Positions 18,735-29,104 of a stretch of 64,000 nucleotides of DNA are shown in pieces. A program made the position numbers and the translations under genes. The notes beneath the pieces were generated by a model. It was not told the DNA's origin. It saw only the letters and a program-made list of their open reading frames with translations, and did no database searches. Position 1 is the stretch's first letter; the number at the start of each line of letters is the position of its first letter. The stretch lies in contig OZ241996.1 of assembly GCA_965204535.1 (NCBI GenBank), positions 224,001 through 288,000 on the forward strand, in the 5' to 3' direction. Source of the DNA: a bacterium (GTDB lineage Bacteria > UBA8248).

Positions 18735-20279
18735 ATGCGTAAATGGATGGTTGTTCTGCTGGCGGTTCTCATCGTCGGCGCAGGCCTCATGAACGCGCCG
18801 AAGGCGCATTCGATGACCTCGGGCAAACTGGTGATCGCGCTTCCGGGCGTCACGCCCACGATGGACCCGCATCCCAAGTCGAACTTCATCGGCACGATGC
18901 TCTGGCGCTGGTCGTATGACACGCTGGTCTCCGCCGAAGCGGGCACGGGCAAACGCCAGCCCTGGCTCGCCACCAAATGGAAGATCCACAGCCCCAAAAA
19001 GGTGGAGTTCTGGCTGCGCAAGGGCGTGAAATTCGCCGACGGCTCCGAACTCACGTCGGAGAACGTGAAGTTCTCGATGACGCGCATCATGAACAAGAAA
19101 AGCCGTCAGCGGGTCTTCTTCAAGGCGTTCGACCGCATCGAGATTATCGACTCGCACCGCTTCATCTGGCACAGCAAGGTGCCCGACAACGGTCTGTTGA
19201 ACCGCCTGGGACGCTTCGGCCACATCATGTCCTTAAAGGCGAAGGGCTTGGAATGGTCCGTTATTTCCAGAAAAACCTTCGGTTCGGGCCCCTACATCCT
19301 CAAGGAATGGACCAAGGGCCGCAAGATGGTGTTCGAGGCGAACCCCAACTGGTGGGGCAACTCGCAATATCCCAACCGGGCGAAGACCGTCATCGTGCGC
19401 GGCATTAAAGAGGCCACCACCCGCGTGAAGGCGCTCCAGAAGGGCGAGGTAGACATGGTCATGAAGGTCAAGCCCCAGTTCATCCCACAGCTTGAAAAGG
19501 ACAAGAAGCTGGCCGTGGCCGACGTGCCCGCCGTGCGGATGATGTTCGTCTCCATGGTGACGCGCCAGGGCGGCCCCTTCGCGAACCAGAAGGTGCGCCT
19601 CGCCGTCAATTACGCCATCGACGCCGAGCTTCTGCGCACGACCTTCCTGGCCGGAAAGGCCAAGATTTGGGGTTCGCTCTACCATCCGTGGAACTTCGCG
19701 GGCTACAACCCCAAGGACAAATGGTACGGCTTCGACCTCGACAAGGCGAAAGCCCTCATGAAGGAAGCGGGCCACGAAAAAGGCTTCAAGGCGACCATCT
19801 ACGGCACCATCGGGCGTTATCCGGGTGACGTGAAGACCTGTGAGGCCATCGCCGGCTTCCTGAAGCGCATCAAGATCGACACCACCTGCCGTTCGATGCC
19901 CTTCCCGCTCTGGAAGAAGACGCGCAAGGCGTTCCAGAAGAACAAAAAGGGCGTGGCGCTCTTCCTGCAAGGTTACGGAAACGCGGGCGGCGACCCGGGC
20001 GGCATCACGCGGGCGACCTCCACCTGCCGGGGTCACTCCAGCGTTCACTGCATGAAGGACGTGGATGCGGCCGTCGACAAGGCGGCGGCCACCGCCGACC
20101 TCAAGGCGCAGCACCTCGAGTTCCAGAAGGTGACCGCGCTCATCAAGAAGAAGGCGATGTTCAAGATTCTCTACAAGACGAACGACATCTTCGCCTACAA
20201 GAAGGCGCTGGGCTTCAATCCCAGGCACGATGAGACGTTCCTCGCGTGGGAAATCGACATGAAGAAGTTCAAGAACTAG
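18735..20279 (+). CDS. ABC transporter substrate-binding protein, family 5
   Basis: Signal peptide; LRKGVKFADG, GSGPY, KVRLAVNYAID; GGAGG RBS upstream. Confidence 0.9.
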   Translation: MRKWMVVLLAVLIVGAGLMNAPKAHSMTSGKLVIALPGVTPTMDPHPKSNFIGTMLWRWSYDTLVSAEAGTGKRQPWLATKWKIHSPKKVEFWLRKGVKFADGSELTSENVKFSMTRIMNKKSRQRVFFKAFDRIEIIDSHRFIWHSKVPDNGLLNRLGRFGHIMSLKAKGLEWSVISRKTFGSGPYILKEWTKGRKMVFEANPNWWGNSQYPNRAKTVIVRGIKEATTRVKALQKGEVDMVMKVKPQFIPQLEKDKKLAVADVPAVRMMFVSMVTRQGGPFANQKVRLAVNYAIDAELLRTTFLAGKAKIWGSLYHPWNFAGYNPKDKWYGFDLDKAKALMKEAGHEKGFKATIYGTIGRYPGDVKTCEAIAGFLKRIKIDTTCRSMPFPLWKKTRKAFQKNKKGVALFLQGYGNAGGDPGGITRATSTCRGHSSVHCMKDVDAAVDKAAATADLKAQHLEFQKVTALIKKKAMFKILYKTNDIFAYKKALGFNPRHDETFLAWEIDMKKFKN

Positions 20280-20292
20280 CGCGAGCGGCTTC

Positions 20293-20332
20293 AAACCGCG
20301 GGGGAGCGGCATGCTCCCTCGCGGTTTTTTTT
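20293..20332 (+). terminator. Rho-independent terminator/stabilising hairpin after the SBP gene
   Basis: AAACCGCGGGGGAGC...GCTCCCTCGCGGTTT followed by a T run. Confidence 0.8.
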
Positions 20333-20356
20333 GAACGCACACCGGAGGGCCACGCC

Positions 20357-21406
20357 ATGCAATTCGGCCTCATGCTCAGGGGCAACTTCGCCCGGGAAGA
20401 CGACATGCGCGCGCGTCTCGAGGAACATTTGGAACAGGTGCGCCTCGCGCGCGATCTGGGCTTCGCCTCCATCACCAAGGGTTCGCACTACAGCACCCAT
20501 CCCTTTCAGGGTTTTCAGCAGCTTCCCTTCCTGACGCGCGTATCCGCCGAGGCGCCCGAGATGCGCCTCGTCGCAGGAATAATTCTCCTCCCGCTGCACA
20601 AGCCGATCGATCTGGCCGAACAACTCGCGACCATCGACATCATCTCCGGCGGCAAGCTCACCGTGGGCGTGGGACTCGGCTACCGCGACGTGGAGTTCAA
20701 GGCATTCGGAACCGGCAAAAAGGAGAGTCTCAGGCGCTTCAACGAGAACTTAGAGGCCATCCGCCGCCTCTGGACGGAAGAGAAGGTCTGGATGCGGGGC
20801 TCGCACTTCGAACTCGACGGCGCGTCGTGCTCGGCCAGGCCGCTCCAGAAGCCGCATCCCCCCGTCTGGATCGGCGCGAACGCGGATGCGGGGATTAGGC
20901 GCGCGGGTCGCCTGGGTCTTCCCTGGTACATCAACCCCCACAACCGGATGGACACCATCGAGCGGCAGATGGACGTCTTCCGCGAGGCATTGGAAGAAGC
21001 GGGCAACCCGTTGCCTCAGGAAATCCCCATGCGGCGTGAGGTGTTCGTGGCCGAAAGCAGGGAAGAGGCGCTCCGCCTGTGCGGACCGTACTTAAAGAAA
21101 AAATACGACTCCTACCATGAATGGGGGCAGGACAAGGCCATGCCGGAAGGGGACAACGATTTCGGCGTCTCCCTCGACAGCCTGCTCGACAACCGCTTCA
21201 TCCTGGGCGCGCCCGACGACGTGGCCGATCAAATCGCCCATCTCGCAAAGCGCCTGGGCGTGAACCACCTCATCATCAGCCTCCAGTGGCCCGGCATGCC
21301 CCACGCCATGGCGCTCGACACCATGCGCCTGATGGCGGAGGAGGTGTTTCCGAAGGTGTGGCGGGAGGTGGGGGTGAGTGAGTCCACCGAAAAGGAAACG
21401 GGATAA
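20357..21406 (+). CDS. Luciferase-like (LLM) flavin-dependent oxidoreductase
   Basis: LAEQLATIDIISGG.L..GVGLGYR..EF, P.QKPHPPVWIG. Confidence 0.9.
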   Translation: MQFGLMLRGNFAREDDMRARLEEHLEQVRLARDLGFASITKGSHYSTHPFQGFQQLPFLTRVSAEAPEMRLVAGIILLPLHKPIDLAEQLATIDIISGGKLTVGVGLGYRDVEFKAFGTGKKESLRRFNENLEAIRRLWTEEKVWMRGSHFELDGASCSARPLQKPHPPVWIGANADAGIRRAGRLGLPWYINPHNRMDTIERQMDVFREALEEAGNPLPQEIPMRREVFVAESREEALRLCGPYLKKKYDSYHEWGQDKAMPEGDNDFGVSLDSLLDNRFILGAPDDVADQIAHLAKRLGVNHLIISLQWPGMPHAMALDTMRLMAEEVFPKVWREVGVSESTEKETG

Positions 21407-22395
21407 TGGCATCTGGAAAGATAGTTTGCGAGGATCACTACATCGACGCTTTCGACAATGGCATCAGGCTCCACGTTCGAGAGAAACGTCCCGGGGGCAA
21501 GCGCCGCTTCACGCCCGCCGAGACGCTCCTGATGGTGCACGGGCGCGGACCGGCGGCCCCCGTGGTGTTCGACCTGCCCGTGCCGGGGTATTCGTGGATG
21601 GATCGCTTGGCCGGGCGCGGCTACGACGTATTCGCCCTCTCGGTGCGCGGGTTCGGCTGGTCGAGCGACCCGCCCGAGATGATCGAAGACCCGGTCGGCA
21701 AGCCGCCCGCCATTCGCGGCCATACCGCGGCGCGCGACATCGGGGCGGCGGTGCGCTTCATCCGAAACCTGCGCGAGGTGGAGCGGGTGAACATCCTGGG
21801 CCGCTCGTGGGGCTCGACCACGGTTCCCACGTTCGCCTCGGCCCACAACCCCCAGGTGCGCAGGGTGGTGCTCTACGCCCCCTACTACGCGGGCGTGAAC
21901 CCCGAGCGCGCCGCGCAGTTCGAGGACCCGGAACGACCCGGCCACTTCAACGAGAAACTCGGCGCGTGGTTCTGGACGAGCGAAGCCGACCTCCACAGGC
22001 GCTGGTGGGGCCATATTCCGGGGACGCGGCATCACCGCTGGCGTGAGCGCCATGTGGTGCGGGCGGTATGGGAGACGCGCCTTAGCTTCAGCCCCGAGGG
22101 GGCGAAGCGGCGGCCCTCGGCGGTGAAATCGCCCAACGGCTCTTATGCCGATCTGTTCGATCGCGCGCGGGGAATTCCCGCCTACGACGCGGCGAAACTG
22201 CGCTGCCCGGCGCTCTTGATTTTCGGCGACCACGACGGATCGGCGAACGAGGCCGAGGCGTGGGATCTGTTCGAAAAGCTCGTGAACAGCCGGGGCAAGC
22301 GCTTCGTCGTCATCGGCGACGGCACGCACTACATGGAATGGGAAAAGCGCCGCGAGGAGTTATACCGCGAGGTGGAGAACTTTCTGGAGAGTTGA
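21406..22395 (+). CDS. Alpha/beta hydrolase
   Basis: LMVHG, RGFGWS, GRSWG nucleophile elbow, GDHD, GTH. Confidence 0.85.
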   Translation: MASGKIVCEDHYIDAFDNGIRLHVREKRPGGKRRFTPAETLLMVHGRGPAAPVVFDLPVPGYSWMDRLAGRGYDVFALSVRGFGWSSDPPEMIEDPVGKPPAIRGHTAARDIGAAVRFIRNLREVERVNILGRSWGSTTVPTFASAHNPQVRRVVLYAPYYAGVNPERAAQFEDPERPGHFNEKLGAWFWTSEADLHRRWWGHIPGTRHHRWRERHVVRAVWETRLSFSPEGAKRRPSAVKSPNGSYADLFDRARGIPAYDAAKLRCPALLIFGDHDGSANEAEAWDLFEKLVNSRGKRFVVIGDGTHYMEWEKRREELYREVENFLES

Positions 22396-22434
22396 GGGGG
22401 GGTGGCTCGCGGTGACTCCCACAGGAGACGGCCC

Positions 22435-23409
22435 ATGAAGGCGATGCGCGTGCAGGCATTCGGTCTGGATACTCCGATGCGGCTGGACGAGGTGGATGAG
22501 CCTGCGCCCGCGCGGGATGAGTTATTAGTGCGGCTCCGCGCCGCGGGTGTGAACCCGAGCGACGTCGCCACCCGATCGGGCAAGAGCCACCACTCAGGCC
22601 ACCATACGCCGCCTTATATACCCGGTCTGGAAGCCTCGGGCGAGGTGATCGGGGTCGGCGAGGGTGTCCAGGGCTTCGAGGTAGGCCTGCGCGTGTTCGG
22701 CGCCTGTGCGGGCGGGGCTTACGCGGAGGTGGTGCGTCTGCGCGCTCCTGCAGCGGCGGTGGTTCCCGATAACATGACGCATGAAGAGGCGGCGGGCGTA
22801 ACGCTTGGCCTCAGGACGGCATGGAACGCGCTCGTCATCAAAGCCAAAGCCGGGCCGGGGGAGAGCGTACTGGTGCAGGGCGGCGCGGGCGGCGTGGGTT
22901 CTGCGGCGATACAACTCGCGCGGCGCATGGGCTGCCGCGTGTTCGCCACGGTGAGTTCTGAGGAGAAGGCGGCGTTCTGCCGGGAGCTGGGCGCGGAGGA
23001 GACGATAAACTACCGCCGGGAGGATTTCGCCGAGCGTTGCCTCGCGCTGACGGACGGGCGCGGTGTGGACGTGATCATCGAGAGCGCCGGCTTCGATAAT
23101 TTCGACAAGGACCTCGACGCGGTCTGCGTGGACGGGCGAATCGTCCTGATGGGGGCGGGACTCGGGAAGGATCAGTGTGCGGGTTTCCGCGTCCCCGCCG
23201 TGATGACGAAGGACGCGCGGGTCTTCGGCGTCACCGGCGTCAACCTCGCACGTAAGATGCCGGAAGTGGTGCCGCGCTTCCTCCCGATGCTGCGGGACGG
23301 GAGTTTCAAGGTGCACGTGGGGGCTGCCTTCCCGCTCGCCGAGGCCAACGCGGCGCATGAGTTGATGCTGAGCGGGAAATTCCTCGGGAAAATCGTCCTC
23401 ACGCCTTGA
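22435..23409 (+). CDS. Zinc-independent MDR / NADPH:quinone reductase
   Basis: AAGVNPSD, PGLEASG, GGAGGVG, GKIVL. Confidence 0.9.
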   Translation: MKAMRVQAFGLDTPMRLDEVDEPAPARDELLVRLRAAGVNPSDVATRSGKSHHSGHHTPPYIPGLEASGEVIGVGEGVQGFEVGLRVFGACAGGAYAEVVRLRAPAAAVVPDNMTHEEAAGVTLGLRTAWNALVIKAKAGPGESVLVQGGAGGVGSAAIQLARRMGCRVFATVSSEEKAAFCRELGAEETINYRREDFAERCLALTDGRGVDVIIESAGFDNFDKDLDAVCVDGRIVLMGAGLGKDQCAGFRVPAVMTKDARVFGVTGVNLARKMPEVVPRFLPMLRDGSFKVHVGAAFPLAEANAAHELMLSGKFLGKIVLTP

Positions 23410-23430
23410 GGGGAAAAACTTGTCTTCTCC

Positions 23431-24564
23431 CTAGAGTTTCTCCACAAACCAGTCCAGTATAAAACTTCTGCCCAGTTCGATGTTGTCGAAGTGGCAGTGC
23501 TCGGCCCCGCCCTCCTCGTGCGTGAAGATGCGGATGGTTTTGTCCTCAGCACCCACGGCGTCATAGAGCTTTTGCGCTTCCGAGGCGGGCGTCTGGCGGT
23601 CGCCCTCCCCGTGGGTGATGAGGAACGGGCACTGAATCTGCGCCGCCTCTTTCTCGATGGTGAACTTCTTCATCTCTTCCAGCACTTCATCGGCGGTCTC
23701 CACCCCCAGCACCCAGAGGATCTGGAACTTGGGACTGGGCCGGAACTGTCCGATGCCGGTGGGGACTCTCAGGCGCTCGTACCAGATGGGGTAGTAATCC
23801 CCGTGTCCCGCCCAGGCGGCGCAGGCTTTGATCCGCTTCTCGAACGCGGCGATTCTCGGCGCGTAGTACCCACCCATGCTCAAGCCCACCAGGCCGATGC
23901 GGCTTGCGTCCACGTCGTCTCTGGTTTCCAGATAATCGACCAGCGCGGCACCTGGAACCTCATAGTCGTGCCGGGTGCGGATGTTTCTCAAGCGAAGCGC
24001 CTCGCCGATGCCCGGCGTATCGACGATGAGACACGCCATCCCCCGCGCGATGATGTCGGCCGCCGCCATGAAGTACTGGCTCTCCTTCGTGCTGTCGAGA
24101 CCGCCCACGAAGATGACGACGGGGTAGTCCTTCCCGTCGCGCTCAGGCTTCATGAAAAACCCCGGCAGGGTCCGACCCTCGTAGGGAACCTCGATTTTCT
24201 CCAGATTGAGGGCGTTGTCGTTCGCGATTGCCTTATCGAAGCACGCGAGCGCCTTCTTGTAGCTCGGTATCTTCTTCCCGTTCGTGGGCGGCAGGAAGCG
24301 CTCGCCGTAGAGATAGTAGTTGCAGGCGCGGAAAAAGGCGCGGGAGGCCGTGAGGCGGTTTCCTCTCTCCTGGGCTTCCGCGCCGATGCGTTCCACACGC
24401 GCCGCCATGGCCGTCCATTCGCGGTGCCACGCCTCGTTGTCGGCAGGGTCGGTGCCCTCCAGGTTTTTGGCGATGCGGTCTATCTCGTCCACGCTCCCCC
24501 CGCAACTCAGCGAGATGTTAGTGACGAACGAGCGCATGTAGTTTCCCGGAAAAAATTCGTGCAT
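23431..24564 (-). CDS. Alpha/beta hydrolase, DHPON hydrolase-like (paralog 3)
   Basis: GLDSTKE, DTPGIGE, GLSMGGYYAPR, HGEGD, EGGAEHCH. Confidence 0.8.
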   Translation of the reverse strand: MHEFFPGNYMRSFVTNISLSCGGSVDEIDRIAKNLEGTDPADNEAWHREWTAMAARVERIGAEAQERGNRLTASRAFFRACNYYLYGERFLPPTNGKKIPSYKKALACFDKAIANDNALNLEKIEVPYEGRTLPGFFMKPERDGKDYPVVIFVGGLDSTKESQYFMAAADIIARGMACLIVDTPGIGEALRLRNIRTRHDYEVPGAALVDYLETRDDVDASRIGLVGLSMGGYYAPRIAAFEKRIKACAAWAGHGDYYPIWYERLRVPTGIGQFRPSPKFQILWVLGVETADEVLEEMKKFTIEKEAAQIQCPFLITHGEGDRQTPASEAQKLYDAVGAEDKTIRIFTHEEGGAEHCHFDNIELGRSFILDWFVEKL

Positions 24565-24581
24565 GGGGTCTTCCTCTTGAT

Positions 24582-24962
24582 TTAGAAGGGGTCGTCTTCG
24601 GGCGGCGCTTCGGGGGCCTGCTCGCCCGCGGGCACGCCCTTGAGACTCCAGGAGGTGTCCTTGACGTAGATGGTCTCCATGTCTTCGAGAGCGATGGTCG
24701 AGTGCACGGCGTTCGGCGGTATATGGACCACGTCGCCGGGACCCGCCAGGTGTTCTTCTCCATCGACCGTGATCTTCTGGTGTCCTTTGAGCACGTAGAT
24801 GAACTGCTCGCAGGGGTGATAGTGCGGCTCCGCCCGCGTGCCCCTGGGCCGCCTCCTGTGGCAGAAATACATGCGCTCGCCCTTGATAGACTTCCCCCGG
24901 TTGCTGGAGAGGTTCGGGTTGTGCTGCACGATGGGTAGATCCTCGAAGCGATAGACGGGCAT
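24582..24962 (-). CDS. Cupin-2 domain protein
   Basis: PHYHPCEQFIYVLKG, GDVVHIPPNAVH. Confidence 0.85.
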   Translation of the reverse strand: MPVYRFEDLPIVQHNPNLSSNRGKSIKGERMYFCHRRRPRGTRAEPHYHPCEQFIYVLKGHQKITVDGEEHLAGPGDVVHIPPNAVHSTIALEDMETIYVKDTSWSLKGVPAGEQAPEAPPEDDPF

Positions 24963-25168
24963 GGCGCTCCTCTCGGGATAAGGCCGGTGATTTCGCCGCC
25001 GCCCGGGATTTCCATCTCCGTAGAGACGGGCGTCTCGGCGGGACGCGGCATATTCGTGACGATTCCCGGCAACCTAGCGAGGGGCATTATTCGTGTCAAG
25101 GAGAGCGTTTCGCCTGGTCCCCGTATTCATGAAAACCGGGGTATTCTTTCCCCGCGTCCAGCAATCCA

Positions 25169-27262
25169 TCATTGAATCCGCATGGTGATGTTGTCGAACG
25201 CATCCCTGGCGATGGTGAAATCGGGAGGAACGAGAATGGTGGCGTCGAACTCCTGGAGAATGAACGGTCCCTTTTTTATGGATTCATCGAGCATGGTGCG
25301 GTTGATGAGTTGCGCGGCGACCCAGCCCATCTCCGCGCCGAAATAGGCTCGCTGCTCGCCCGTCCTGGTGTTCAGGTTTTCAGGGAAGAGGAGCGAGTCG
25401 GGGAAACGCGGCGTTTCGGGTACGCCCGTGGCGACGAGATGGAGATTCACCAACTCCACAAGTCCGTCACCTCCCCGGTGACCGTAAGTGCGTTCATGCT
25501 CGTTTTCGAAGGCCGCTGAGGCCTGGGCGAGCGCTTCGCCCGGCGAGCCGTTCTCGGGCCATGGAACCGATAACTCATGCGTTTGCCCATAGTAGCGGAG
25601 TTCACCGCGTCTGCGGAGATGGCATCTCTCGCCAGGATATCCCTCTTTGGAGAGCAGGTCGCGCGCTTCGGCCTCAAGGCGCTCCCAATGGGACTCGACC
25701 GACCCGGGGTCGAGTTCGTCGGTTCTTCCCAATAGGGTCTGGGTGAAGTGGTGCTCCAGGTCGGAATAGAGAAGCCCGAATGCGGAGAAAATACCCGAAG
25801 ATGGGGGGATGACGACTTGGGGGAGTTCCAGTTCTCGTGCGACGGAGGCCGCGAAGAGTCCCCCGTTTCCTCCGAAGGCGAACAGGCTGAAATCCCGAGG
25901 GTCCTTCCCTCGCTCGGTGGAGACCGAACGAATCGCCCGCGTCATGTTCGTGGTTGCGATCTGAACGACGCCGTGGGCGAGCGCCGTGATGTCGAGGCCC
26001 AGCGGCTTCGCCACCTTCTCCCCCAGGGCGCGCTCTGCGGCGGAGAGATCGAGCTTCACCGAACCGCCTGCGATGCCCTCAGAATCGAGATAGCCCAGCA
26101 ACAGGCAGCTATCCGTCAGGGTGGGCTCTACACCCCCGAGGCCGTAGCATGCAGGACCCGGGTTCGCGCCCGCGCTCTTTGGTCCCACCTGAAGAGCGCC
26201 GCCTTTGTCTATCCAGACGATGCTGCCGCCGCCCGCACCGATCTCCGCGATATCGAGCGTGGGAGCGCGCAGGAGGTAGCCCCCACCGCGCGCGAGGCGA
26301 TTCGACTGGGAGAATCCGCCACCGACTTCGTATTCGGGGGAGAAGGTCGTCTCGCCGTTTTCGATGAGGCTCGCCTTGGCCGTGGTGCCTCCGATGTCCA
26401 TGGTGATGGCGTTGTTCACCTCAATGCGCCTCGCGAGGTGGTGCGCCGCGACGACCCCTGCTGCGGGTCCTGACTCGATGATGTGAATGGGCTGTGCGCG
26501 CGCCACTTCCGCAGTCATGATTCCACCGTTTGACTGCATCATCAAGAGCGGAGCCGTGAACTCTCTCTCGCGCAAGCCTGTTTCGAGCGATTCGAGATAT
26601 CGCTTGACGACGGGCATCACGAAAGCGTTGATGACGGTCGTGCTTGTGCGTTCGTATTCCCTCATTTCGGGCAGGATGTCCGAGGAGATGGAAACGTCGA
26701 CACCCGGGTTTTGAGCGCGGATGATGTCGTACACAGCACGCTCGTGCCCAGGGTTGGCATAGGAATTCAAAAGACAGACTGCTATGGATTCCACACCCTG
26801 CCCGGTGAGTTCGGCGATAGCGCTTCGCACCGATTCCGCATCCAGGGCTTCGAGCGTCTCGCCTGTATGGCTCATTCGCTCGCGCACTTCCACGCGGAGG
26901 AATCGCTCCACCAGGGGGGGAGGCTTCGCCCAGCCCAGGTCATACTGGGTGGGTATGCGTATTCGCCTCAGCTCGAGGACGTCCCGGAAGCCCAGGGTAG
27001 TGATGAGGCCGGTGAGCGCGCCTTCGCGTTCGATGATGGCGTTGGTGGCCACGGTGGTCCCGTGGGCCACTTCGGTGCAATCTGCGGCGGATAAATGGTT
27101 TTCTCGAAGCAGATTTTCAAGTGTTTCCAGGATGCCGCGTTCATAGGCGTCCGTCGTGGAGATGGCCTTCGCCGTATGGACGCATCCATCCTCGTCGATG
27201 AGGACGATGTCGGTGAACGTACCTCCGATGTCCACCCCGATTCGAAAAGTTCGCTTGCTCAT
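25169..27262 (-). CDS. Hydantoinase/oxoprolinase A subunit (copy 1)
   Basis: Starts MSKRTFRIGVDIGGTFTD; HGTTVATN, EYERTSTT, ESGPAAG, DIGGTT, AGPACYG-like motif. The ORF-track extension to 28552 is antisense to the B gene. Confidence 0.92.
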   Translation of the reverse strand: MSKRTFRIGVDIGGTFTDIVLIDEDGCVHTAKAISTTDAYERGILETLENLLRENHLSAADCTEVAHGTTVATNAIIEREGALTGLITTLGFRDVLELRRIRIPTQYDLGWAKPPPLVERFLRVEVRERMSHTGETLEALDAESVRSAIAELTGQGVESIAVCLLNSYANPGHERAVYDIIRAQNPGVDVSISSDILPEMREYERTSTTVINAFVMPVVKRYLESLETGLREREFTAPLLMMQSNGGIMTAEVARAQPIHIIESGPAAGVVAAHHLARRIEVNNAITMDIGGTTAKASLIENGETTFSPEYEVGGGFSQSNRLARGGGYLLRAPTLDIAEIGAGGGSIVWIDKGGALQVGPKSAGANPGPACYGLGGVEPTLTDSCLLLGYLDSEGIAGGSVKLDLSAAERALGEKVAKPLGLDITALAHGVVQIATTNMTRAIRSVSTERGKDPRDFSLFAFGGNGGLFAASVARELELPQVVIPPSSGIFSAFGLLYSDLEHHFTQTLLGRTDELDPGSVESHWERLEAEARDLLSKEGYPGERCHLRRRGELRYYGQTHELSVPWPENGSPGEALAQASAAFENEHERTYGHRGGDGLVELVNLHLVATGVPETPRFPDSLLFPENLNTRTGEQRAYFGAEMGWVAAQLINRTMLDESIKKGPFILQEFDATILVPPDFTIARDAFDNITMRIQ

Positions 27263-27370
27263 GGTCTCGGTTTCTGAAGGTGGAAGCGCCCGGGAATGGC
27301 GTCCCACCGTGATGTTATGGTAGCTTCCGACTCCAATTTCATGATGCAGCCATCTTGACACGGAGAACGC

Positions 27371-29089
27371 ATGCTTGAAAAGCGTCTGGACCCTGTGACG
27401 ACCTCCGTCGTAGAGCGCGGATTGTTCAGCGTGGCCGATGAAATGGCCGCCGTCATCGTTCGTACGGCCTATTCCCCCCTGGTTCGCGACCTGCTCGATT
27501 TCACCGTAGCACTGTGCAATCCCAGAGGGGAGATGGTCGTTCAGGGCGTGGGCATGGCGATTCACCTGGGCGCGCTGCCGACCGCTGTGGCCGCCATGCT
27601 CAACAGGTTCGAGGGAAACCTGCGCCCGGGCGACGCTCTCATCATGAACGACCCCTACGAAGGCGGCATGCACCTGCCTAACATCGTGCTCGTCACGCCG
27701 ATATTCTGCGGCGATGAATTGATGGGACATGCTGTCGCCATGGCTCACATGACGGATGTAGGCGGCCATGTGCCGGGGAGTGTTCCGGTGAACAGCCGGG
27801 AGGTTTTCGCCGAGGGATTGAGGATTCCGCCTCTCCTGCTGGAGCGCGACGGAAAGCGCGATGAGACGCTCATGGCGTTGATCGAGAAAAACTCCCGCCT
27901 TCCGAGAGATTTTTTCGGCGACCTGGAAGCGCAGCTCACAGCCTGCCGTTTGGGGGAAAGGCGTCTCTCCGCTCTGGCGCGGCGCTACAGCAACGAAGTG
28001 ATGCGCGCCGCCATGGCGGGCTTGCTCGACCGCAGCGAGAAGATGGCCCGCGCCGAAATAGCCGCGATGCCCGATGGCGTCTATCCTTTTGAGGACTGGC
28101 TCGATAACGACGGCATGGATGGCGAGCCGCAGCGTCTTTTCGTCACCCTCACGGTAGACGGGGATAACCTGACCGCTGATTTCACCGGCACCTATTTGCA
28201 GGCGCCCACCGCCATCAACTCCCCTCTCGCATATTCGCGTTCGGCGTTCTATCTGGCGGTGCGCTCCATCATGAGCCAGGAAATTCCCAATACGGCGGGT
28301 TTTTTCAGGCCGCTTCGGCTCATAGCGCCAGAGGGAACGCTCGTACACCCCAGTTTTCCCGCGGCCGTGGGTGCGATGGGTGTTGTGGGTTACCGGGTGG
28401 CCGATTGCATATTCGGCGCCCTGGGTCAGGCGGCTCCGCACCTGGTGCGGGCGGCGAGTGAGGGAGGCACCACGCGTTATACGGTAGGCGCTACGAAAAA
28501 CGGCGTACCCAGCATACTCAGCGAAGCGCTTGTGGGCGCGTGGGGCGGTCATCCTTCGATGGACGGCATCGACGGCGTGGCGAACGTCGCCGCTAACATG
28601 GCGAACTCCCCCGTCGAGATGGTGGAGAGTACCTATCCGGTATTGGTGGAGGAATACGGCTATGAGCCTGATTCCGAGGGCGCCGGCAAGTTCCGGGGCG
28701 GCCTTGGCGTGCGGCGAAAAATTCGCATACTCGCGCCCGAGGGTGGAATGCTCCAGGTTCGCTCAGGCAGGGCGGAACATGCTCCATGGGGGCTGCATGG
28801 CGGTCTCGACGGCACCGTTTGCCAGAATGTCCTGAACCCCGATACGCACGAAGAGCAGCGCCTCAAGGGAAACGAGACGATTCACGTGCCTGAGGGGACG
28901 GTGTATGTCCATGTCACCCCTGGAGCGGGGGGGTACGGCCCGCCGCAGGAGCGCGAACCGTCCCAGGTGGCTCTCGACGTCCGTGACGGAAAAATCTCCG
29001 CCCGGCGCGCAAAGGAAATCTACAGGGTCGTGGTCGATGAATCGGGCGTGCTCGATGAAGCCGCAACGAGGAAGTTGCGCGAAGCGTAG
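27371..29089 (+). CDS. Hydantoinase B/oxoprolinase family protein (copy 1)
   Basis: RTAYSP, NDPYEGGMHLP, H.TDVGG..PGS, EGLRIPP, SEGAGKFRGG.G, GAGGYG.P. Confidence 0.92.
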   Translation: MLEKRLDPVTTSVVERGLFSVADEMAAVIVRTAYSPLVRDLLDFTVALCNPRGEMVVQGVGMAIHLGALPTAVAAMLNRFEGNLRPGDALIMNDPYEGGMHLPNIVLVTPIFCGDELMGHAVAMAHMTDVGGHVPGSVPVNSREVFAEGLRIPPLLLERDGKRDETLMALIEKNSRLPRDFFGDLEAQLTACRLGERRLSALARRYSNEVMRAAMAGLLDRSEKMARAEIAAMPDGVYPFEDWLDNDGMDGEPQRLFVTLTVDGDNLTADFTGTYLQAPTAINSPLAYSRSAFYLAVRSIMSQEIPNTAGFFRPLRLIAPEGTLVHPSFPAAVGAMGVVGYRVADCIFGALGQAAPHLVRAASEGGTTRYTVGATKNGVPSILSEALVGAWGGHPSMDGIDGVANVAANMANSPVEMVESTYPVLVEEYGYEPDSEGAGKFRGGLGVRRKIRILAPEGGMLQVRSGRAEHAPWGLHGGLDGTVCQNVLNPDTHEEQRLKGNETIHVPEGTVYVHVTPGAGGYGPPQEREPSQVALDVRDGKISARRAKEIYRVVVDESGVLDEAATRKLREA

Positions 29090-29104
29090 GGCAAAGAAGC
29101 GCAG

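Noticed and set aside
25169-28552. 1127-aa ORF suggesting a fused hydantoinase
   Set aside because: The N-terminal 430 aa are the antisense shadow of the plus-strand B gene; the family motif starts at ATG 27262.
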